Positions 1-9,805 of a stretch of DNA of 37,248 nt are shown piece after piece. The notes below the pieces were generated by a model, which saw only the letters and a program-made list of their open reading frames with translations, had not been told where the DNA came from and searched no databases. Within the stretch, counting starts at the first letter, position 1, and every line of letters starts with the position of its first letter. This DNA comes from Intoshia linei. Taxonomy: Eukaryota > Animalia > Orthonectida. A program made the position numbers and the translations under genes. The stretch is from positions 1-37,248 of the forward strand of contig LWCA01000239.1 in the NCBI GenBank assembly GCA_001642005.1, in the 5' to 3' direction.

Positions 1-730
1 AGTTGCATTTAACAAATCTTATAAGCAACAACTTTTTAACCCAAAATAATAAATCCAATTTTACTAACCCTTAATGGAAAAATTCATTTTTACAGAATGG
101 TTTGAGAAAAATCTTGAATTTTTTCATAAATGTTTTATATTTCATGTTTCCTTTGGAGTCCAAAAAAAATAAATATTTTGATATTGGAGTCCGTAAACAC
201 TGTGAATCGGGCCACTAAATAGATATTAAGTAATAACATTTTGACACATCAGTAATTTCGGATTTTGACCAGGAATATATGGATTTCAGAGGTTTAATTT
301 TTTTCTAAATTAACTATCACAAGTCTTTTTTCAAATTCTAATATTTTTTATTTCAAAATTAATTGATAGTTTGAGCTTCTTTCAGGAAAAACTGCAGCTC
401 TAGAATCTAGAAAAACTACCAAAATTTGTTTTTGAAAATGCAGGGCTGTTTTCTAAATAAATGGTTAGAAACACATTTTTAGTAAATTAATATAAGGATT
501 TATATTTTTCAAACATATAGTGAATGTTGCAACATAATCCTTTTTTCAGTAACATTAAAATATTTTTAAATTGTTTAAAAATTTATAATTGTTTAGAAAA
601 CAAAAATACAGTGTTTATTACATCTTTTCCAATAAACATTTCAAAAACTTTCAAAATTTCTTTTGAAATGATTGAAAATTAAATTCAGTACAGATGTATA
701 TGAAGAGAGCAAAGCAAACAAGTTAAAAAT

Positions 731-1441
731 TTAATTTTCATTAAACTTTTTCAAAACAATATTAATAGCAGTCTCAAGATTATTATTGACTAAATAACCA
801 TCTGAAGTAAAGACGGAACCAATGGACTTTTGAATGTTAAATGTTTGAATTGATTTATCCTTGAGATTTTGCTGTTGAATGGTTAATATGATTTGATTTT
901 TTAGCCTAATGTTAAATGTTAAATATACCAGGATATGATTGTAAATTAAAAATTACGTTTTAAGAGTTGAAGAAACCTTCACCCAAGTATTCTTTAAAGT
1001 ACCACGATAAACAACTCCCTTTTCCACATAATCACCCAATAAATAATATAAACCAATTGATACACCGTATCTAAAGAAATCATTTAATTGGTAAAAAAAA
1101 TAAAAAACCCAATACAACAGGTATAAAACGTAATTTTCATGTCATTCATTTTATAGATATAGTGTAATCCACACAATAATCCCATCAAACATACTGCCAG
1201 AGTTCCAAAAAACAATTTGACATCCGTATAAAAATGAATTTGTTGATATTTATTTTCATTTAATACCTGAAATGTTTGAATGTAATAAAAAATTTGAAAT
1301 AAAACTATACCTTGACAATGCAATCGTCGATAGAATTCTTGACTTCAGATGAACTCCAAATGTTGATGGGATTCTAAAGTGATTTTATGAATTGTAATGT
1401 CAAACTTGAAATGTTACCTCTTCTATAATTTCAGCGTTCAT
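731..1441 (-). CDS. SPCS2: Signal peptidase complex subunit 2 (SPC25), 5 exons: 1441-1418, 1373-1311, 1266-1109, 1070-957, 905-731
   Basis: All introns are GT-AG and keep the frame. Protein MNAEIIEENPINIWSSSEVKNSIDDCIVKVL...DVKLFFG(TM1)...(TM2)YVEKGVVY...WVKVSSTLK...KSIGSVFTSDGYLV matches SPCS2 motifs (W..S.VKNSLDD, D.RL, W.LSSSLKR, KSI..FF...G.LV). Confidence 0.92.
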
Positions 1442-1544
1442 TTTTTGTTGTTTGACAAAAAAGTTCAGTTTGATATAAACAAATATATCTTAGTTTATCA
1501 TTGTAGTCATAGTTTATTTCCTTTTTCATAAATTTTGAAGTGGG
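1442..1544. promoter_or_regulatory. Bidirectional promoter between SPCS2 and BRF2
   Basis: Divergent ATGs at 1441 (-) and 1545 (+) are separated by only 103 bp. Confidence 0.65.
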
Positions 1545-2788
1545 ATGAATTGTACTTATTGTAATGAACAAGTTTCCGGTTCTATTTGTAATAGTTGTGG
1601 ATTAATATTGGACGATACTCCAGAGTTTGTTCAGGGTTATGTGGCAAAGAGTAATGAGATTGAAGTTGAAGAAAATAGAATTTCAAAATTTTTATCAACT
1701 TTTATTGGTACATTTTATTTATTTTTATAACTACATTGTACAGTATTTATAAATTTTTTTTGATATTTTAACATTTAGACACTGTATCAGGAGACCTGGG
1801 AATTTCAATCCAAATTAAACAAAAAATTAGTTCGTATGCTATCAAATACTACAACGAACAACCAAATAAAACATTAAACTCGGAAAAAATGGCTCTTATT
1901 TTATCACTTGTTGTATTAGTGAGTCGTTCTTTTAACAATATCAACCAATTTTTGCTAAAAGATTTGTCTAATCAATACAACGTTGATTATGGACTCTGCA
2001 TTAAGATGAAAAATAAAATTTTCGCGAAATTTAGTTCACTGTATTCTCAAGTAACATTGGTTGAACGAGCTTCAATTATTCTATACAGTATGAACCAAAA
2101 ACTTCCACATCCTTTCGCCTACCAAACTGTAAATTTTGTCGGAATGTACACTGACTCGTTTAATCTTGATGGAAAATATAGAGATTATATAATTTCAGCC
2201 TGTTCATTTGTCATTTGGAAATATTATCAATTGGACGAATCACGACACTTACATGTAATTCAAGAACGAGATATAATTTGTAAATCCATGAAAATGGAAT
2301 TGCGTCATTTTTGTTTAAAATTTAATCTTAGATATACTCAAACTGGTACCAAACCAAGATTTGAACAATTGGAAAAATATTTACTTATTTTATACAGACA
2401 GTTTCCTTGGGTCACTGAAAATTGCTCAGTTCACGAAATGTATTTCAATTTAAACTTGGTTATTAAGCATTGGAATATTATTATACTTTGTTACAAAAAC
2501 AATATTTTTAAAAAGAATACTAAAAAAATTGATGTTAGAGTTTATACTAAACCTACAGGTCGTAAAACTGTTGAATCTGTCGTTAAATATTTTAAAGACA
2601 ACCAAAATTCGTCTTTAGGTGGCTTTGAATCTAAAAGCTTATATAGTAATGTTTTAAAAAGTGCAATTAATCGAGATCTCGACAAAGAAGAACTTGAAGA
2701 TGATGATATGTTGGGAGATGATATTGAAATGTATTTGTACGATAACGATGAAAATGAGTACTCCACTTTGATAGAAAATACAATATAG
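1545..2788 (+). CDS. BRF2: TFIIB-related factor 2 (TFIIIB 50 kDa subunit), 2 exons: 1545-1707, 1779-2788
   Basis: N-terminal TFIIB Zn ribbon (CTYC...CNSCG). A phase-1 intron joins ORFs 1545 and 1889. 'LDGKYRDYIISACSFVIW...LRHFC...RFEQLEKYL...QFPWV' aligns with BRF2 'VTGRHPLPVITAATFLAW...LARFC...RLQELLAVL...QLAWL'. The acidic C-terminal TBP-anchor-like 'DDIEMYL' is present. Confidence 0.85.
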
Positions 2789-2974
2789 TCTGGTTTAAAT
2801 TATGTCATTGTAAGGTCGATTCATTATATTAATCAAGATACCCAAAGAAATATTTGAATTAACATTTTGTCAATATTATAGATTTCATTAAATTAGCAAA
2901 TATATTGTATTTAAGAGTTTATTTAATTTAATTTTTTATCTCTCAACTTATTTCAGAGAGGACATTAGCTAACC

Positions 2975-3255
2975 CAGGGATTCTCAATCTTTTTTGAACC
3001 ATCGTCTCCCAAATTAAAAATATTTAATTTTTGCAAGATTATCTCCTACTAAAACATTTATTACGCACACTTTAATAATAACTATAAACTTTTAGCGCAT
3101 CGAGTTGTCTTTGTCTTGTATTTTAATCTCTTGACTTTAATAATTTAAGAAAAATTAAAGTTTCATTTCTTGAATGTAATATATGAGGAAATTATAATAT
3201 CAATTAGAAAATGATTTTATTCTAAAAAAAAATCGTCCGGGTTTGAGAATTCTTG
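2975..3255. mobile_element. hAT/Buster-type MITE (decayed)
   Basis: TIRs CAGGGATTCTCAA / TTGAGAATTCTTG; degenerate 8-bp nnnTAnnn TSD agctaacc / caataacc. Confidence 0.65.
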
Positions 3256-3819
3256 CAATAACCCAAGGGGTTTATTACAAAAATGGCTTATAATGCTACT
3301 TATTATTTACAAACTTGTCAATATAATTTTTATCCAACCTTGAAAGAGATTAGCCATTGATACTCAACTTTTTTACACGCCTTGAAGCAGTTTTTGTTTA
3401 TCAATGGTAAGTAGTATATTTAAAGTTATTTCTTATAAAACCAATTTGAAATCAGTTTGTACATAATCTTCATGGGCACGAAATACTTTCTTTAATTACG
3501 ATTTGTATAGAATAGCGAATATATCCTCTAATTAGCCATTAGAAATGAGGGACAGTAAAATGAAATAGCCCAGATCAATATTTCACAAAAACAAATTTAA
3601 GTAAATCATGTGTGTTTTGACTTGGGCCCGAGCCGTAAGTCAATATTTGTTTCCACAACCGTTGCGTCTCTACCAAACACTCTCAAGGTTGTTGAAAAAA
3701 TTGATTCAATTGAAAACATCAGAATTATAAACTAAACTTTATAATTGACAACTTGTACATTATTTTTAAGGTTGGCAACATGTTAGGTTTAATTTAATTT
3801 TAAGTTTATTAATTAAAAA

Positions 3820-5734
3820 ATGTCTGTATACGATGAAAATATCAAAAATAGGTAAAAATTTATCTTTTTGTGATGTAATTATGTTTAGGAATGAAATGTG
3901 CGATAAAGCAAATTTTGTAAAATTTAAATTTAAGTACTGTATTGATTGTAATTAATAGATTCAAGGGGATGAATGGAACTATACAGTAGCTCATGCCAGT
4001 AAAGTAGCTGGCTATTCTACAGCATTACATTTACAAATGGAAGCCAAAATAGCATCAAAGGTGATTTTTTACATTGATTCTTTTTGTGGGCCACCAGAAT
4101 GATTTATGTCCTGGGGCATGGTCCGGTACGTAAAAAATCCATCAAATTACAGGTCAAAAATAGGGCACTATGCATGCCCTGCCCGTTCCTGTTTGTCCGT
4201 AATTTAAAGGGTCAAAATTAATGATTGTACAGGGAAAAAAATCGGGACAAAATTCCCGGGATTTCCCAAAAAAAATTGAGACATAACTGTATTTGATTTA
4301 TGTTTGTTATTACTATGAAAATATGATTATATTATAATATTTTAAATTTACCATTTCAAAAATCCCACCACTAATAAAATTTAATTAAAAATAGCATTTC
4401 AAGCTCTCATGGACAAAATATTCTTTTTTCCAATACATTTTTTAAAAACCCTTTATTCAAACCACAAATTACTAACGCTTAAGGGAATTATCCTCTGTTT
4501 TCAATATTATTTTGAAAAATATTATGAGTTGTTACGAACTGGAACGCTATCATCAAGATTGTTAAAATTAAAGGAAGCTTTTATGACCGTTCAACCTACA
4601 TCAACACAAAATGAAAGAAATTTCTCTACTGCTTCTAATTTCGTTACAAAAGGTTGAACGCGTTTAAAAGACGAATCTATCAATATTTTGTGTGTTTTGA
4701 AACACTTTATCAACAATCTAAAATATATAAATTTTTTTTAATTAAATTTGTAAATTTCAATCTAGATTCGTGTTATTTCAATTAATTATTAAAATATAAT
4801 TCAAAATTCATTTTTAATTTATTTTATTGATAGTTTATTTTCATTGTATTCAAATTGTTAGCAATTTTATTAATTAATAATTACACAGTCCAACAAAACA
4901 ATACCTTTTTTTTTAAATAAATAAGTTACATTTAGTGCACTTGGAAGATATTTTTATTATGAGCAAAATGGCGAAATCAGTTTTTCTGCATGACTTGCAG
5001 ATATTTTTTTAAAAACACTTTAAGTTTGAAAAAATACCTAAAATGGGCATATTTGAAGGTCATTAAAAATGTTAAATAAAGTAGATATATGTAGTATTAC
5101 ACAAGACAACATTTTTACAGTTTAAAAAAAAATTCTGCTAAATTTTATTTTAAATGATAGACATGTATTGACAATTAATTAACTTATATAACATAAGCTT
5201 ATCATTTTTCCATTTTAAAATTAAAATAAAATTTTATGTTCAGACCCAGAAATCCCGATTTAACAGATAGTGTCCATTATTTGGTATTTAATACAGTGTT
5301 TCTCTGTCTTTTCGCTTGTGCGTGCCGCGAAAATGCAACAATATTTTGATGTATCGATAAATGTGGTAGTTTATATTAAAATTTAACACAGTGTGTTATT
5401 ATAACACAATGGTGGTTGAATTTCTATAAAATGGGATTTTCGTAAATATTTCATCAAATTAAATTTTTAAAATTTTATGCATATTTTTCAGGTATCAGTA
5501 AAAATGATGCGAACCGGTACCGGTCTGCAAACCAGCCGCTAATATTATTTGATAATTTATTTTTAGGTAAAAAGATTGGGAGGTTTGGCGTCCTCAAATA
5601 TTTTGTATCAAGATGTAACTGGAAAATTGAGTACCGTCGATTTTGAAGATATTCTGAATGGTAAAATTAAATTAATTAACATGTAAATTATACTGAAATA
5701 TTTAGTGCAAAATGAAAATTTATATAACAATTAA
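3820..5734 (+). CDS. POMP: Proteasome maturation protein (Ump1), exons 3820-3851, 3889-3916, 3959-4060, 5567-5660, 5706-5734
   Basis: The spliced 94-aa protein contains 'GYSTALHLQMEAKIASKVKRLGGLASSNILYQDVTGKLSTVDFEDILN', matching UMP1 'GLFAPLKLQMEFKAVQQVQRLPFLSSSNLSLDVLRGNDETIGFEDILN'. The last short exon is inferred from splice sites. Confidence 0.88.
4500..4725 (+). pseudogene. hAT transposase C-terminal dimerisation-domain remnant in POMP intron 3
   Basis: 'LKEAFMTVQPTSTQNERNFSTASNFVTK' followed, after a disruption, by 'TRLKDESINILCVLK' = hATC motif P.TS...ER.FS...R.RL....I..LC.LK. Confidence 0.8.
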
Positions 5735-5737
5735 TGG

Positions 5738-8700
5738 TTAATTAAAACTATCATAAATATCTTCATTTATTAATTTTTCCGCAATACTTTTTTTTGGAGG
5801 CAAATTTCTTTGAATGGAATTAGTAAACCCTGATGGACAATCGTAAATATCGTTATACTTCATATTTGTGTTCATACGAGACATACGGTTATTTATAATG
5901 GCTTCATCATCAGATAATGCTGATTCGCGTATATTTATTGCATTTTTATGTATATAATCTTTATTTTCAACGATGACTTCCATTGAATTCATTAAATTTA
6001 ATCGATTTTCTACACTTTTTTTTTTTTCGGGTTTAGCCGGAATTATACTCATTCGTTTACTTTCCCGTTTCGTGTATCCATTAGCGTTCGTTTTTTTCAA
6101 AAAAATGTCATTTTCTTTATTTATTATTGCTCTATTATTTGTATTTATAAAATTGTATCTTGATACACGTCTTGTATCAATGTCGTTGAATGTTTGAAAG
6201 CTGTTTCTATATGTCACTTTTTGGATTTCATTTGATAGTGTAAATATTACCGTCGGAATGTTCACCATTTGTTCTAAAATATATTTTAATTATAATAATA
6301 TCACACAAAATCTTTTGTATAATATTATACATTATACCAGTATTTCCCAAATGGGGGGCTACAGAGTCTGAGGGGTCGCAGATTTAAGAAAAATTTTAAA
6401 ATTAAATTTGAATTTTTAACATTAATTTGATTTAGTATTTGATATTTAATTAATATATTCTTGAAATTTGGATTAATTTTGGATTATAATAAATTCAAAT
6501 GTTATTAACCCTTACGAGACAATAACACGTATATATACAAAAAGAACAATCATAAATGTATAATTGTTTGTATACTAGGGTGTCAACCATATTAAAGAAT
6601 GATTTATAACGAAAATAAAACCAGTAATATTAAAAGATAACATTTTTTTAATCGCTGTTATAATATAGATATTCTCTATTTATACAGTCATGTTTATATT
6701 TGATATAGTCATGTTTGCATTTAATATGGTCATATTTGAATTTAATATAGTCATTATATTTATTATTAGTTATAGTAATTATGACTATATCAAATACAAA
6801 CATGACTATATAAATAGAGAACGTCTATAATATAATAAACGTATTCACTATTTTGTGCTAATTGATCTTTTCTAAAATTATTTGTATACTGTTAGAGGAG
6901 TCGTCAATATATTTTTTTGTGAATCACTGCATTATACCATAAGAAAGTCCTTAAAATTCTGGACAAGAAAAATAAATAAATATTATTGGGTAATAGGGGA
7001 ACAAATCTGTCAAAATTGACCTGGAAAATTAAAAAAATGGTCAAAATATCATAGTGATATTTTAATTATATCCATCCTATAGATTTTATAGTTACAAACA
7101 CAAATTTAAACAAATAAACGTGATAGTGTCAATTTTAACGATTTTTGTAAAAATTTCAATTTTGTATATGGGTAGTATAGTCGAAAGATGACTTAAAAAA
7201 TTGTTTTACTTTAACATTTTTAAGTTGTCTGTTAATCTAACCTTGGAGCCCACATGGCATATGTAGAATCTAATATCAGAATTTAAAGTAGATTATATGT
7301 TCTGAAAAATGTTATAAAATTTATTTCCAAGTTTGGATTGTATTATAAAAAACAAAGGTATAAGTGTAATTGTTGAGTTATCCGGTTCAGAGAATTCCGC
7401 TTTATCTTGTACCAGTGTTTCCCAATCTTTTTTACTACATTACCCTTATTATAGTACTTGTTTTAAAATTAAATTAAAATGTTTTACAAAATAGTAAAAT
7501 AAAGGGGAAATTGTTTTTTTGACCCTGAAGGACTCAAGGTTAAAAAATTATATTCCATACGCTACTGTGCATGCGACACAAAAAAATAAAAAAATTCGTA
7601 TTTTTTAGAACAAATTTCGCGATTTTGCAACCTTTTTTAAAAAATTAAAAAGCATGTACTATGGTAAAAAAATAATAAAATAATTTTGAAGTGCAATTAG
7701 ATGTCTAAATATTTTAATATTGTCGTTCAACTATGCTTAATTAGTTTCAAAACAATAAAATATATATAATAGCTTATCTATTTACAGACAAATCTTATTT
7801 GAAGTAGTTATGTGTAGAACCCATTCATAATTACTAAATTTAAAGACATTGGGAACATGCTTATTGAAATTGTATATTTTATCAATTAATGTGTAACAAT
7901 TTCTAGACGTTCATTTCAATTTTTGTTATTTTGATTAATTGATAATAATATTTGTTAACAGTTGTAGGTAATTTATTGCGATAAATGACTTTGTATTCTG
8001 ATAAAATATTCAGCCCACACATTTTATGATGAAAACGGACGTGGAGAATAGATTGGATCGTAAGACTAACCTACTATTCAAAATTAATGGGATTTATTGG
8101 ATTAAATTATGCAATTAAAATTTTACATTGATGATAGCAAGCAGTGATGTTTAAATAATAAGGTTTGATTACAGGATCAGGCTAATTTTTATTTGTTTGT
8201 ATATAGGGGCCCAATGTTGGTTATCAACCACCATAGAGACAACTAATTATCGACTTTTAAGGATCAATGGTATAATACGGTTATGATATAATTGAATAAG
8301 TTATTTGAATATTAAAAAATACCGAATGTTGGGTTGATGTATTTATCAGATATTGAAATGTTTTTATGGCATAGCTTCCCAAGAATAATGAGCCATTGGG
8401 TAAGATCTTCTTGATTTGAGCACCCAAAGGCTATTGTATCGAGTAATTTATCATTGTTTATATTGTGTTTGCCTAAATGTGCAGATGAACCACCACGCCT
8501 TATAGTTTTTGCTAGTCGTTTACTTTTATTTACATTGGATTTAGCGAATTGATTTTGATTAAAAGATATATAAAAAACGTGAGCACATTCTTTACGAAGT
8601 GCACTAATTTCTACAGAATTGTATCTATTTATAGGTACGTCAAATGCGTTCTCAATTGCCACACATTCTAAAAGACGTAGGTCAATTTGCCTTTTATGTA

Positions 8701-9647
8701 GTTTCAAGGATTCTAATTTTAAATGTACGACTGGTTTTTTGTGAGTTTTAGGTCTATATATTACAATTTCAGCTATGCATTTTTCGGTTACCTAAATTAC
8801 ATAAAATTAACCATATAGTTTAACAGCTAGATACGAATCACATCATGTAATTATGGTGAACAGTAAAATGGTCGATTTCCAACATTTATTTTAAAATATA
8901 ACTAATGCTTCATTATACATTATTTTTATCAAAAGAAAAAACTAGAGCTACAGGGACTAGGAGTTTCCGATTCTTCATTCTTTTTAAGCGTCGTTTATTC
9001 CTTAAATTTTAAATACTAATATATCCCAATTTATCTATTTATATAATTGTTATTATTTTAATAGTTTGTATGTAATGATTTTTGATCAAAAATTATTCAA
9101 GCTTCTCTTTGACTTGTGACGGAAAAATGAATTCAACCAATGCTATAAGAAATGGTCACACAAATAGGTTGGTGATATTTGAAGTATAATTATGTATGTA
9201 ATATGAATTAATATTGTAGCTACATTTCAATTATTGTAGATATCACACTATTTAAATCAAAAAAAATATAAAATTGGTTTATAATTTCAAATGACGACAA
9301 TTACATGCTTGTCATTAACCAAAATTTTTTTTGAAGTGATAAATGAAAACTAATTTTTTCTTGTCACTATTTAAAATTTTTTAAAATCTTCATTCATCAA
9401 GATTAGTATTTTAAAACTAAAATGACAAATTGAATTTTCTTAGGTTAGTTTAATACTGATTAATTGACATCAGTGTATTCACGTTTTGCAAAATAACATC
9501 GGTTGGAAACCCTGATTACTTACGGGAAAAATTGAATAAAATAAAAATTTAATGGCTTACGCAATACTTTCGGAAAAATTTTCTTTTAAACTTGACACTA
9601 TATAAAATTGATTTGTAAATTATCAAACCGTCTTCTTCAAAATTCAT
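5738..9647 (-). CDS. PH-domain adaptor-like protein (DOK/GAB-type PH); exons 9647-9561, possibly unresolved small exon(s), 8791-8323, 6273-5738
   Basis: Exon 1 MNFEEDGLIIYKSILYSVKFKRKFFRKY. Exon 8791-8323 reads 'CIAEIVIY...RQIDLRLLECVAI...HVFYISF...TIAFGCSNQEDLTQWLIILGKLC', the PH C-terminal helix with its conserved W. A phase-1 splice joins it in frame to ORF 5738-6268. The 5' exon chain is uncertain. Confidence 0.7.
6338..6929. mobile_element. hAT/Buster-type MITE in PH-gene intron
   Basis: Left TIR CAGTATTTCCCAAA, right end TTTGTGAATCACTG, perfect 8-bp TSD cattatac. Confidence 0.8.
6667..6827. repeat. Foldback MITE with ~47-bp inverted arms and ~22-bp internal tandem repeats, nested in the Buster MITE
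   Basis: tagatattctctatttatacagtcatgtttatatttgatatagtcat is the near reverse complement of atgactatatcaaatacaaacatgactatataaatagagaacgtcta. Confidence 0.75.
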
Positions 9648-9805
9648 TTTGTTTCAAATACATTATTTTATAATTTGTCTTGATATTTACTGATATTTAA
9701 GTTAATTTTTGTTTATTTAGTTAGGGATAATACGCATAAGTAAAGTACTATTTAATTTCAAGTAACTATTTTTTAAGTGTAATTTTCACATTTGTTGAGG
9801 GTTTT

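Noticed and set aside
2542-2766. 74-aa Ser-rich minus-strand ORF
   Set aside because: Antisense shadow of the acidic BRF2 C-terminus.
4084-4200. GC-rich patch and AGGGCA/TGCCCT hairpin in the POMP intron as a snoRNA
   Set aside because: No convincing C/D or H/ACA boxes; it is adjacent to the TTTTGACC repeat family and hAT debris.
5973-6197. 74-aa hydrophobic plus-strand ORF
   Set aside because: Antisense to the Lys/Asn-rich last exon of the PH gene.
7860-8260. Possible PTB-domain exons of a DOK-like gene
   Set aside because: No phase-consistent stop-free chain was found, and exon 8323 splices in frame directly to 6273.
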